From: Ascoidea asiatica JCM 7603
Taxonomy: Eukaryota; Fungi; Ascomycota
Length of the DNA stretch: 64,000 nt
Reading direction: 5' to 3'
Assembly (NCBI GenBank): GCA_001600695.1
Contig: BCKQ01000016.1
Span: 55,151 to 119,150 of the forward strand
The notes under the pieces were generated by a model. The model made no database searches, was not told where the DNA came from, and worked only from the letters and a program-made list of their open reading frames with translations. Positions 26,401-36,112 of the stretch are shown here, piece after piece. Numbering within the stretch: the stretch's first letter is position 1; each line of letters begins with the position of its first letter. Made by a program: the position numbers and the translations under genes.

Positions 26401-26637
26401 ATTCCCCTAGGAATAGGTGATATCAAGTTAACTGAGCTAAGAAAAATAATAAATAATGATTCGAAATTATCTAAATTGAATTTGAAAATTGAATTTAAAG
26501 GAGAAGGAACCTTGGTTATCAATGATATGGTTAGCGTTAAAAAAATTAGTGAAGGAGATATAATTATACTTGGAGGGCCAAGTAAGCTTTTTTATGATAT
26601 TAGAGAAGTTGTACGAGGTATGCTAGCTTATGTCTAG
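23449..26637 (+). CDS. CFT2: Cleavage and polyadenylation factor subunit Cft2/Ydh1 (CPSF100)
   Basis: ILCDPGW, IILLSHPT..YIGA (inactive MBL motif), NSGHTLGG, YAPAFNHSKD, YDEYGE.I, D.RSL, IGDIKL.EL, EFKGEGTLVIND, C-terminal V..MLAYV. Confidence 0.93.
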   Translation: MFKYTSIVPPGFDEDPPISASLITLSVNQNSINILCDPGWDTKTNLNYLEKLLPTIDIILLSHPTFDYIGALAILYYKNFKLFALKKIKIYSTLPISTLGKIETIEKYRFSGLVGPILGAPLEIQDIEYIFDSIITLKHNQSIVLNINNINMNLTPLNSGHTLGGIVWLINLNTSIIENHQLDSNSFSPASSTQKFIYAPAFNHSKDSYLDGAKILSEFNNDNIIFRPQVFITSSSIGSSLSYSKRVKEFLNLVDGTLHNGGSVILPISLSGRFLELINIIDQRLRSLPYIPVLLISKTGTRLLTYASSMLEYMSQEVIKEWSNSNINIFPFDSSRVQLISKDELNKLSGPKVIFATGQDFEIGSNSHDVLLQLSNDIYNTIILTQQPNPNTLASDLYNYWKNFTKLNNNGDLIDGFPVPYETTINTFKITEEPLIGKDLANYIKTLKEKRKKEKLLNESIIKEEEEIIQKQKEKAQLQIGNINENNKLNIPTNTDLIQISQIEEQKKISKADKKRLKFNKKKIKIRLNEQDYDDDDDSDSNLEYNSDYDLDLNDNEYNSEEELSDKDNDQSKDKDIVNERYKENSNAKRKILDNRKRRRIRNQLKLNKLLKYNKKKYASISNENGDENDLNLIDLDVRGLKNGKNSIFPFVFEKKKYDEYGEIINIEDFINKRKDIDNLKDSKVDSKSKNSKNGNNDNNNNNTNNNNDDDDNNDNHNSHNDNRKNNLNNRFHNNHDSNEEINHGLTSKDNNKVNNRNKSNKKGDSTMYELNSSIKPRKQILTNVSIKAKCGLTFVDLSNKVDLRSLSMIIPNLKIKNLILINNNLKINEENFNSILDNLNRINKVKEDFLIYKKRIKATRYNNGTSKEIDNKNINSNPGNSEEKLFELIIANNNESIEISNLNENFEVHLDDALLKNLKWQKIIGGFSIAHLYGQVEINKNEINNEKLIKEDKNKYDELSNREIINIKPISENKLFFKNNLTNIPLGIGDIKLTELRKIINNDSKLSKLNLKIEFKGEGTLVINDMVSVKKISEGDIIILGGPSKLFYDIREVVRGMLAYV

Positions 26638-26875
26638 TTTTTATGTAAGATTTGTAGGTAAAATATGAATTTAAAAAATTCAATTTATAAATTTAAAAAA
26701 TTTAATTTATGAATTCATTTGTCTTGATTTACTAAACAAGTCCTTGTATATTTGCTTAGTAAGCACAGTACTGTACGAAATACTTACAATAGCGTGGTTT
26801 CCTTGCCGTTTAGAGTTCAGAAAAAGTAATTAAAGTTAGAGGAAGACCCTTTAAACTTTAATCTTGTACAAAAAA

Positions 26876-27011
26876 TAAAATAAAATAAAATAAAATAAAA
26901 TAAAATAAAATAAAATAAAATAAAATAAAATAAAATAAAATAAAATAAAATAAAATAAAATAAAATAAAATAAAATAAAATAAAATAAAATAAAATAAAA
27001 TAAAATAAAAT
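26876..27011. repeat. Perfect (TAAAA)n pentanucleotide microsatellite, about 27 copies
   Basis: Visible directly. Confidence 0.97.
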
Positions 27012-27160
27012 ATTGGACGTGCTTCTCTTCAATATAAATATCTATAGATATGTAATAATATTACCTTTTGTAGTTTTGAATTCAATACATTTTATTTATT
27101 TTTCAACATTTCAAAAGAAGAAGAAGAGGAAGAAGAAAAACACAGAACTCACATTTAAAC

Positions 27161-28360
27161 ATGCGATTATTAAATATAATTTTGATAATTTTTTTATCTT
27201 TACCCTTATTAACATTATCATTCCCTATTGAATTAAGGAATGTAATCAAGAGAAATGAAATAGATTCTTCGATAACCAAAGAATCAATCGAAACTGTTCT
27301 AAAAATGTCTAGTCGTAAACCTTTTGCAATCATCAAACCTAAAATTTTAGTTATTTCAATGTTTACACCAGAAGTCGAGCCATGGTTGACCGAATTAAAT
27401 TTAGTTCATAATATTTCAATTCCTGGATTATCACCAATTTTTTAATATATTCATTGTGATCGTGATTATTTTGTTTGTCAAATAAAAACAGGTGAAGGAG
27501 AAATTAATGCAGCAAGTACTATTAATTCATTAATTTTGTCACCATTATTTGACTTAATTCAAACATATTTTTTGATTGCAGGCATAGGTGGAGTTAATCC
27601 TAAAAAGGGTACTTTAGCAACATCTGCGTTTGCTAAGTTTTCAGTTCAAGTTGGACTTTCACATGAAATCGATTCAAGACAAAAACAATTAAATTGGTCA
27701 ACAGGTATTTTTGGATTTGGATCAAAAAGTCCAAATGATTATCCTTCAATAATTTATGGTACTGAAATTTATGAATTAAATGAAAATTTAAGAAATAGAG
27801 CATTGAAATTAGCAACCGATAGTAATAATATGAATATTGGATCAAAAATAGCACAAAACTATAGATTAAATTATAATATCAGTCCGGCAAATGAATTACC
27901 AAAGCCAATTGCGGGTGATTCATTATGTTCAGATAGTTATTGGTTTGGAAAATTATTAGGCGATAGTTATGAAAATTGGACATCAATGATATCAAATGGT
28001 ACAGCGGAATATACTATGACAGCTCAAGAAGATAATGCAACTTTAGAATCAATGTTAAGAGGTGCAAAAGCTAAATTAATTGATTTTGGTAGAATTGTAT
28101 TATTAAGAACAGGTTCAAACTTTGATAGACCTCCAGAAAACTATGAAGGCAATCCAGTTGATTGGTTTAATAACGTCGATCAAGGAGGATTTTCTGCAGC
28201 TATTGACAATTTGATTAATTCTGGAAAACCCTTTGTTGAGGATGTCGTTAATAATTGGGAATCTCTCTATCTTAATAATACTTTCCAAGCTGATAATTAC
28301 ATTGGAAATATTTTTGGATCTCTTGGAGATAAACCAGATTTTGGACCTTATAATAAATAA
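27161..28360 (+). pseudogene. NUP (purine nucleoside permease) family secreted protein interrupted by one in-frame TAA at 27443-27445
   Basis: ORFs 27161-27445 and 27536-28360 share a frame. Reading through gives PGLSPIF*YIHCDRDYFVCQIKTGEGEINAASTINSLILSPLFDL, the conserved NUP segment. Also KPKILVISMF.PE, TYFLIAGIGGVNP, TAQEDNATLE, LRTGSNFDRPP. Signal peptide and a KR site are present. Confidence 0.85.
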
Positions 28361-28710
28361 ACAATTATAAGTAACCCAGCATATGTAAAATTAGCCCCAT
28401 CAGCACTCATAATAATTTCAACTCGCCACAAGTTCTGATTCACAACAAAAAATTTAGACAAAAACAACCAGCGAGTGCCCTGTATGTTTCTTAGCGCACC
28501 GGACTGAGGAAATTAGCTGTAGTTTTTGTTCGTTAAAGTGCTTAAAAAATATCACGTGATTTTATTGCAGCTCGGAATTGGAGCTATGAATTTAATGCAA
28601 CTCCACAGAATTCATTTAACGTTAGATAAAAATATCAATTTTATTCATATCGATGTTTATATAAAAAGAAAAAATGTTGGAAAGCGAATTGAAATTATAT
28701 CAACTCTACA

Positions 28711-31700
28711 ATGAGTAATGCTTTAGTGTTACCTCGTTTGCAAATTACTGGTTCTCAACATAATATTTGTTTTTCTGAAGATGGTTATATTGCTGTATCT
28801 GCAGATGCAAAAATATGTATTTTATCTCCTTCTTCTGATCCATATCGAAAGAATAAGAAAATCCAAGATTTATTGAATATCACAACTGTTGAAGGTATTC
28901 CATTCAATAATCAAGATGATTATATGATTTTTGATGAATTGATATCCGTTTCTTCTAATTCAATTGAGGATTTTTGTACTCAAGTTTTTTGGTCACCGTC
29001 AAACTTCACTAAAGATTCAAGTTATTCTCCATATTTATCAATTTTATCTAATAATTCTAATTGTTTTATTTATTTTCAATCTTCCAATAATCAAATCAAT
29101 AGGAAGTCAAAAAATATTACTTATAATAGTATAAATTCAAAATGGGTTATAGAATATAATCTTTTTCAAGAATTATGTATTATAAATAATATTAATTTAA
29201 ATCAACCTATTAATCAATCTAGTTTAAATGACTGTAAAATTCATTCTTTTGATTGGGCTCCAAATTTACTTAAAGAAACTCACAACCTTAATATTGATTA
29301 TCGTTTTTTCGTTCTTGGTCTTCAATCAAATCAAATTGTTTTTTTCAAAATAAATAATAAAACAAACTCAAACAATTCTTCTTTAAAAATGATTGCTCAA
29401 CTTAAAGTATCATTTGATTCAAATAATTGGATAATTGGACTTAAATGGTCTTCATGGCAAAAATCCAGCAGCGATTCAAAAATACTTTTTTCAAAATTAG
29501 CTTTAATAACATCAAATAATTCTTTATTAGTTCAATCTTTGAAATATAATTGTCAAGAACAATCTTTGAATTTTCAACTAAATGAAAGTTCTTTTCTATC
29601 TTCTAACAATTATAATTCTTATATATTGGAAACAAATTGTATACATTTAAAGCCTCCTAATAGGTTTTTCATTAATTCAATTCAATGGTTTTATCTTTAT
29701 AATAAAGAAATTCAAAAGAAAGAACTAATTTTATTTATTTCAACTTCTAAATCTATTGAGGCATTTTTAATCAATCAAGAAAGAAAATTTGAATATAAGT
29801 ATAACGTAAATTCATGCACTAATTTTCAAGATAATTTATTAATTGTAGATAATGGTGAAACGAATCCAAACGAAGCTGATATTTATTTGTTAAATTCTTT
29901 AATTGAATTACAGAATCCAATAAGTAATTCTGATTCCAAGAATTTGAATTTCGATCAAGAAGGTATAAATAATGATTCAATTTTACATTTGAAATTCAAT
30001 TTAGGTACAGGTTTTTCTACAACTCACAAAGATAAAATTAAGTATCAGAAAGAAAAAGAAAAAAAATATTTAAAAAATATAAATAAATCTATTTTGAAAT
30101 CCTTTAATAATTTAGATCTTATTTTTAATTCTGATTTTGTTAACATGCTAAAATCTTCATTATCGCAACAAATAAAAAACTGGTATATTTTAAATAATAA
30201 AATTGATAATGTAAATTATCCTAGAATAAAAATCCGAGGATCATCCATAAACACCTTTGGAAGTGTATTGGTAGTTGCATACGAAATTGAACCTGCTAAT
30301 ACCATTACTCAATCTATGAACTCTAGAATCACTACTAATTTAATTTTCATTCCAATTATTAAAGAACAATTATATATGTATATTAATGATTCTCGATTTT
30401 CCACTGACTTTAATTTTGATAGTTCTAATAAAAGTTTTATTCAGACGTTTCAGTTTGATATTTTGAAGCTTTTGTATGAAAAAATGCATAATTGGAAAAG
30501 CTTAAAAGGATCTTCATTGACTTTTATTTTCTTTTACAACCTACTTAAGGCTTATTTTCTAAGGAGATCAAATATTGATAATTTAACTGCTCTATCATCA
30601 ATAAATATTCAGGATTATTTTAATATTCTCAATCAAACAATTTTTTTAAAAATTATAACTGATGAGAAAAAATTGAATGAAGATTCAAAAAATAAAAAAT
30701 CAAGTGAAAGTGAGATTAATGTTGAGAAAATCAAAAAGAATATTTCAAGACTTTTAATGGAAAGTTTTCAAACAAATGATATGATATACTCAGTTAAATT
30801 ATTAAATTATTTGATAGTTAAACCGATTAGACCTACAGAGTTAAGTTTAATAGATCAAGCTTCAGAAAATATCATGTCAGAGTATTCGTCGAAAACTCCA
30901 CTAGTTGACGAAAGTGAAGTAAACAATGCCAGTAGTATTTATGTTGAAAATAAGGAACACCCAGAAAATAAAAATGTATTAATAAATAAAATTGATAAAA
31001 ATACTAACCCCGAGATAAAAGTTGAAGAAATCGATAAATCTATTTTGAACAATTCAGATAAAGATGAAAGCAAAAAAAAAGAGATTAAATCGGAAGAAAT
31101 CAAAGAAGAGTTAAAATTGACTCCCAAGAATAAAAAATTAGTAGACGAAAAATTAAAGTTCACTAAAAATAATGAAATATTCATTCATTATTTCATTAAA
31201 TTTTCTAAAATTATAATGACTCAACTTGCAAATATTGTTACTCTTTTTTTTAATGATAATGATAATACGCTACTTGAAGGATTCTATGATAAAGCTATTT
31301 TAAAATGTATGAAAATGTTTCTTTATTTGGAGTCAAAAAATTCTGAAAAATCGCATCTTGGCAATGAAGAAGCAACTGAGAATTTAAATGGATTATCGAA
31401 AGAACATCTAGATACTGAATTGGTAATCAAGAATGAATTTTTTGAAAATGGATTGACATTTGATTTAGCTGATAACGAGAACCAGAGCTTAGAAAAGCTA
31501 CAAGATAAAGAAAATGGGTACACTTGGGAAAGATGTAGCATTACATTATTGCCCTTATTGGACAGCAAAAATAAAATATGCTCTGGATGTGGAAGAAAGT
31601 GTATTGATTATGATACTAGCATTGGTAACTCCGAACAAAATAATCCAAACTGGTTGGCAGAAATTCTCTTAAAAGGGCAATGCAGTTGTATCTATTGTGG

Positions 31701-31725
31701 AGGTAAATTTTTTAGTAGAAGATAG
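28711..31725 (+). CDS. TFIIIC 90-kDa (delta) subunit, Tfc8/Sfc9-like
   Basis: N-terminal FSEDGYIAV, WSP and beta-propeller-like segments. C-terminal zinc finger WERCSITLLPLL...CSGC...CIYCGGKF. Confidence 0.75.
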   Translation: MSNALVLPRLQITGSQHNICFSEDGYIAVSADAKICILSPSSDPYRKNKKIQDLLNITTVEGIPFNNQDDYMIFDELISVSSNSIEDFCTQVFWSPSNFTKDSSYSPYLSILSNNSNCFIYFQSSNNQINRKSKNITYNSINSKWVIEYNLFQELCIINNINLNQPINQSSLNDCKIHSFDWAPNLLKETHNLNIDYRFFVLGLQSNQIVFFKINNKTNSNNSSLKMIAQLKVSFDSNNWIIGLKWSSWQKSSSDSKILFSKLALITSNNSLLVQSLKYNCQEQSLNFQLNESSFLSSNNYNSYILETNCIHLKPPNRFFINSIQWFYLYNKEIQKKELILFISTSKSIEAFLINQERKFEYKYNVNSCTNFQDNLLIVDNGETNPNEADIYLLNSLIELQNPISNSDSKNLNFDQEGINNDSILHLKFNLGTGFSTTHKDKIKYQKEKEKKYLKNINKSILKSFNNLDLIFNSDFVNMLKSSLSQQIKNWYILNNKIDNVNYPRIKIRGSSINTFGSVLVVAYEIEPANTITQSMNSRITTNLIFIPIIKEQLYMYINDSRFSTDFNFDSSNKSFIQTFQFDILKLLYEKMHNWKSLKGSSLTFIFFYNLLKAYFLRRSNIDNLTALSSINIQDYFNILNQTIFLKIITDEKKLNEDSKNKKSSESEINVEKIKKNISRLLMESFQTNDMIYSVKLLNYLIVKPIRPTELSLIDQASENIMSEYSSKTPLVDESEVNNASSIYVENKEHPENKNVLINKIDKNTNPEIKVEEIDKSILNNSDKDESKKKEIKSEEIKEELKLTPKNKKLVDEKLKFTKNNEIFIHYFIKFSKIIMTQLANIVTLFFNDNDNTLLEGFYDKAILKCMKMFLYLESKNSEKSHLGNEEATENLNGLSKEHLDTELVIKNEFFENGLTFDLADNENQSLEKLQDKENGYTWERCSITLLPLLDSKNKICSGCGRKCIDYDTSIGNSEQNNPNWLAEILLKGQCSCIYCGGKFFSRR

Positions 31726-32230
31726 TTAAGTTATTAGACGGATATATTTCTGCTGTTTCTGCTGTTTCTGCTGCTTTTGAGGAATGAAAAACATTTGAAA
31801 TAGTTGGTGTGGCTGGTTTATTTTCGTGGCGTACAAGTGGCTATTGTTTTACCACGTGATTTTTGGTCCCGTCTTTATCTGAGACAACCACGGACAAGCC
31901 CTTGGAAATTCAACGGGGATGTAAAATTGTATTATTGTATTGGAGTAGTATTGTATTGTAATAGTAGTATTGTTAGATTGTAATATATTATTAAATTGTA
32001 ATAAATGAATGGAATTGCTAGAGTATAAATAGTAAAATATATATTTTTCTATTGTTCAGCCAGCTTCAATTTTGTTATATAAAAGTGCTTACCGCTGATT
32101 ATTGTTAAGGACTTTCAGAGTTTAAAAGGAAATATTTCTCAAAGAAGCAAAGCAGTAATTTGATTCTAATTGTCGCTGATTGATTTAAATCATAATTTTT
32201 AAAGATTAAGTAGTGAGTAAGTGATATAAG

Positions 32231-32839
32231 ATGGATAATTTCAATAATGAGGAAAATATTTTCTCTTCATATTCTTCTGGTTTACATATGAAATATCAAA
32301 AGTATCTAGATAAAGTGACTCCATATACCACTTATAGATGGTGTTCGTTTGGTGTACTTTTAGTTATATTTTTTGTAAGAGTATTAATAGTTCAAGGTTG
32401 GTATATTATTTGTTATGCTTTAGGTATATATCTACTAAGTTTATTTTTACAATTTTTACAACCAAAATTTGATCCATCTTTGGAACAAGAATTAAAAGAT
32501 GAAAAAATTGAAGAAGGTTTAAATGATGATCCTAATGAAGGGTCTTCTTCAACTTCTTATAATAATAACTCAAATAATGATGATGATGAATTCAGACCTT
32601 TTATAAGAAGATTGCCAGAATTTAAATTTTGGTTAAATGCAACTAGGGCAACTGTAATTTCATTATTTGCCACCTTTTTCAATATATTTGATATTCCTGT
32701 ATTTTGGCCAATTTTATTAATATATTTCATTGCTTTATTTTCAATGACAATGAGAAAGCAGATTCAACATATGATAAAATATAAATATGTTCCATTAGAT
32801 ATTGGAAAAACAAAATATAGTAGTAGAAATTCTATTTAA
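32231..32839 (+). CDS. RER1: Golgi-to-ER retrieval receptor Rer1
   Basis: YQKYLDKVTP, GWYIICYALGIYLL.LFL.FL.PKFDP, EFRPFIRRLPEFKFW, DIPVFWPILL, QI.HMIKYKYVP...GK.KY. Confidence 0.97.
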   Translation: MDNFNNEENIFSSYSSGLHMKYQKYLDKVTPYTTYRWCSFGVLLVIFFVRVLIVQGWYIICYALGIYLLSLFLQFLQPKFDPSLEQELKDEKIEEGLNDDPNEGSSSTSYNNNSNNDDDEFRPFIRRLPEFKFWLNATRATVISLFATFFNIFDIPVFWPILLIYFIALFSMTMRKQIQHMIKYKYVPLDIGKTKYSSRNSI

Positions 32840-33096
32840 GTATTTTTTCAAATTTAAATTACCTTCTCTTTTACTACTTTTTATTTTTTTCATATCCTGC
32901 TAATTTTATAGTACATAATAATATACAATTAAATTTTATTCACCAATAAATATTGAAAATATTTTCATCTTTTGGTAGTAGTTCTGTGAAAATATTTGGC
33001 TGCAGGAAAAAGATTTTTCTTTTATTGCATTTCCTGATACTGTTTTTGTTTTCATTTTTTGTCACTTTTCTATGAAAAACGTTTTATAATGTTAAA

Positions 33097-33170
33097 GGTC
33101 CCTTGGCCCAGTTGGTTAAGGCATCGTGCTAATAACGCGGGGATCAGCAGTTCGATCCTGCTAGGGACCA
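33097..33170 (+). tRNA. tRNA-Ile (anticodon AAT/IAU), intronless
   Basis: Acceptor stem GGTCCCT/AGGGACC+A; D-arm TGGCCCAGTTGGTTAAGGC; anticodon loop CT-AAT-AA (33131-33133); T-arm CAGCAG-TTCGATC-CTGCT; followed by a T8 Pol III terminator. Confidence 0.97.
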
Positions 33171-33748
33171 TTTTTTTTGTTACCTCTTACTACTTCTTTA
33201 AAAGAATAAACCAAAAACCATTTTTATTTAAAGACCGGAAAGCAAAACTGAAATCAGAATAAATTTATTAAAATCAACTTTTATTATTTGAAAATCTCAT
33301 TATATAGATATATTTAATGATAAAAACTAAAATAACTGAAACTAATTAAAAACAGAAAGCGTAGGTGTTAAATAAAAAAAGATAAATCAAAACAAAAAGA
33401 ATATAAGAGGAAAATTATAATATAATATAGTATTAATAAAACAAAAATTGTTGACAACAGAAAATCTCAGATTGTCAACAAAAAAGGAAATGAAAGCAAA
33501 AGTTAATTTAAAAATAATACCTCAATGAAAAGTAATGCTTTAGTTAAAAAAATTGAATATAAATAAAAAAAAATAAAATGAAAAAAAAATTTGGAAAGTA
33601 AAACCAATGATTAAAAAATTAAGACACCAGTTAGGTAAAAGGAGATCTTAGAATAAATTGAACAGACTTGAGTATGATATAAGATTGAATTGGTCTAAAA
33701 TGATTAAATTTCATAAGGGTATGATTATTTCATATATTCACCTTTTCA

Positions 33749-36112
33749 TTAATTAAGAGCTTTGTTGGAAGCTGATAATCTTGAAAAGAAAACATCTGGT
33801 GGAGTACAAGTGCCAAGAGCTCTTTGAGCGTGAGAACCTAAAAATGTTAAACCAAAAATGTAGGAAGCATTAACCCATCCAAAACCTTCAGTAGCAACTC
33901 CTTTAAAGTCAGCACCTTGGTTACCATATTCTGCATCAACTTTATGAGGATCAGTACCTGTAGTGACATTGTATTTCTCGACAACAATCCCATTATAATC
34001 CACGAAAGATTTTGTCATAATATAAAGCCATCTATAAACTAATCTTCTTGCAACATCTGAATAGCCATATTTACAAAGGCCAACCCAAGCTAACATTTGA
34101 TGAGGAGCCCATCCATAAGGATAATCCCATTGTCTATTTGGTCTATCAACATTAATCTCACCTCTTGATTCTTTAGTACCAGCAGCTAAACCACCTAATT
34201 CTTCAAACATTGGAACCCCTTTCTTAGCCATAAAATCTGCTTGATGATCATCAGCTAAACCAGCCCACATTGTCCAAAAGGTAGTTGCTGAATCATAAGT
34301 TGATTGTTTATTTAATTCAGTATCATAATCATAAAAAATTCCTTTTTCTTCATTCCAACAATATTTATTCATTGAAATTTTCCTTAATTTTGCTTTTTCA
34401 AACCAACATTCACTTGATTCAAAAGTATTATCAAGACACTTGAAATTATCATTGAATTTATCTTTTATGATATTACCAATATCAATCTCATATTTATATA
34501 ATAAAGAATTTAAATCAACAGTTGCTAATTTTGCGCATATACCATCTAATCTATAAGTAGTATCATGACCAGATTCTCTAACAGCTCTATCATTTAAAAA
34601 ATAATTATCTAATTCTGGTTCATTGATCTTACCATCATTATAATCTAATTGAAATTGATCAATAGACATATTATATTTTTTAGCATATGGATTTAAAATT
34701 GAAATAAAATGAGTTGATTCAGTTTCTGGAGGTATACCTTTGCCATTTGGTCTATATCTCGATAATCCTGTTTTAGTATCTAATCTTGGTTCTATACACC
34801 AAACAGTTTTATATTCTTTTATTGAAGCTTGAATTGATCTTCTTAAAAAATCATTTGATTCATCAATATCCTCATTTAACTCAATCATTTTATTATAAAC
34901 TTTTATTGCCATATCAGTTAAAAATGGTGGTTGAGATCTACAAAGGTAATAGGATCTATTTGCATTTAAAATTTTACCATAATGTTCGATTTCAAAAATA
35001 AAATTTTCAACCATACCCTTTGCTAATTCTAGTTTATTATCAATTAATAAACCAATAGCAATCATATAAGAATCCCAACCATATAATTCATTAAATCTAC
35101 CACCTGGTACAACATATGGATAACCTTTTAAAGTATAATTTTCGGATTCTGGATCATAAATTTTCTTCATTGCTAAAGCTAGTAAACCAGGTCTACCATT
35201 GATTGATTTAACATAATCTTGACTAATATCTTTTGGTAAATATTCAACTTGTAAGTTAAAATTAGGATTTGAGATTGAGACATTTTTAAAAAAATTATAT
35301 TGATCAACACAATCATAAGGTATATACAATCTTGGAAATTTTGCTTCAGGGGTTTTAATTTTTGTATCATTAGCCATAATTGCAATATTATTATCATCTA
35401 ATTGTCTTGTTAAATTTTTCCAAAATTGATTATTAATTAATCTTTTTAATCTTTTTACAGGGTTTTCATTTAATCTTGATTCATCTAAAATAATTTGATT
35501 TCTACCTAATCTTTTGGCTATAGTTAATTCTTGTAATAAATTCGATAACATATAAGTACCTCTAATATCATAATGATTAAAACCATTTGAATTGACAGTA
35601 CCTAACTTTAAAACTTTTGGACCAGTATCTTCAATTGTAATTTGATAATTTTTATCAGTATCTTCATTTTCTAATAATTGTTTTAAAGTTGAATCAATAT
35701 CAGTTATTAAAAATTTTCTACTAAATCTTGAAGTTTGTTCATCTTGACTTGATCTTCTTTTTAATTTATATTTATAATCAGGATTATTAAAAGTTAAATT
35801 TTTTGAAATTTTTGTATTTGGTAAATTATTATGATAAGATAATTGAGAAGTTGAAGAATTAGCAGAAGAGTTATGAATGTTATTATTAATTGAATTATCA
35901 ATAGCATAATCAAAAGTAGAGCTACTTGCTCTACCGCCACCAAAAGAAAATCTTAATGGTTTAATGGAATTAACAGAAAAAGTTCTCATTCTGCTTTTAT
36001 TTTTTCTTGGATCAGTTTTTGGACCATAATAAACATCAGGTATTGAATATGGATCTAAATCATCAGAAGCAGCAGAAGATGATCTATTATGGAATGTAGT
36101 TGCAGTAGTCAT
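33749..36112 (-). CDS. NTH1: Neutral trehalase (GH37)
   Basis: Ca-binding [80 protein letters not shown]; N-terminal RTFS and RRSS phospho-sites. Confidence 0.97.
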   Translation of the reverse strand: MTTATTFHNRSSSAASDDLDPYSIPDVYYGPKTDPRKNKSRMRTFSVNSIKPLRFSFGGGRASSSTFDYAIDNSINNNIHNSSANSSTSQLSYHNNLPNTKISKNLTFNNPDYKYKLKRRSSQDEQTSRFSRKFLITDIDSTLKQLLENEDTDKNYQITIEDTGPKVLKLGTVNSNGFNHYDIRGTYMLSNLLQELTIAKRLGRNQIILDESRLNENPVKRLKRLINNQFWKNLTRQLDDNNIAIMANDTKIKTPEAKFPRLYIPYDCVDQYNFFKNVSISNPNFNLQVEYLPKDISQDYVKSINGRPGLLALAMKKIYDPESENYTLKGYPYVVPGGRFNELYGWDSYMIAIGLLIDNKLELAKGMVENFIFEIEHYGKILNANRSYYLCRSQPPFLTDMAIKVYNKMIELNEDIDESNDFLRRSIQASIKEYKTVWCIEPRLDTKTGLSRYRPNGKGIPPETESTHFISILNPYAKKYNMSIDQFQLDYNDGKINEPELDNYFLNDRAVRESGHDTTYRLDGICAKLATVDLNSLLYKYEIDIGNIIKDKFNDNFKCLDNTFESSECWFEKAKLRKISMNKYCWNEEKGIFYDYDTELNKQSTYDSATTFWTMWAGLADDHQADFMAKKGVPMFEELGGLAAGTKESRGEINVDRPNRQWDYPYGWAPHQMLAWVGLCKYGYSDVARRLVYRWLYIMTKSFVDYNGIVVEKYNVTTGTDPHKVDAEYGNQGADFKGVATEGFGWVNASYIFGLTFLGSHAQRALGTCTPPDVFFSRLSASNKALN

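Noticed and set aside
26817-27032. ORF with (ILFYF)n repeats
   Set aside because: It is the translation of the (TAAAA)n microsatellite.
28551-28560. ATCACGTGAT, a CDEI-like element of a point centromere
   Set aside because: No CDEII/CDEIII (CCGAA) follows, and CACGTG recurs in many promoters here, consistent with ordinary bHLH (Cbf1-type) sites.
33059-33262. 67-aa ORF
   Set aside because: It overlaps the tRNA-Ile gene and starts with TTG.
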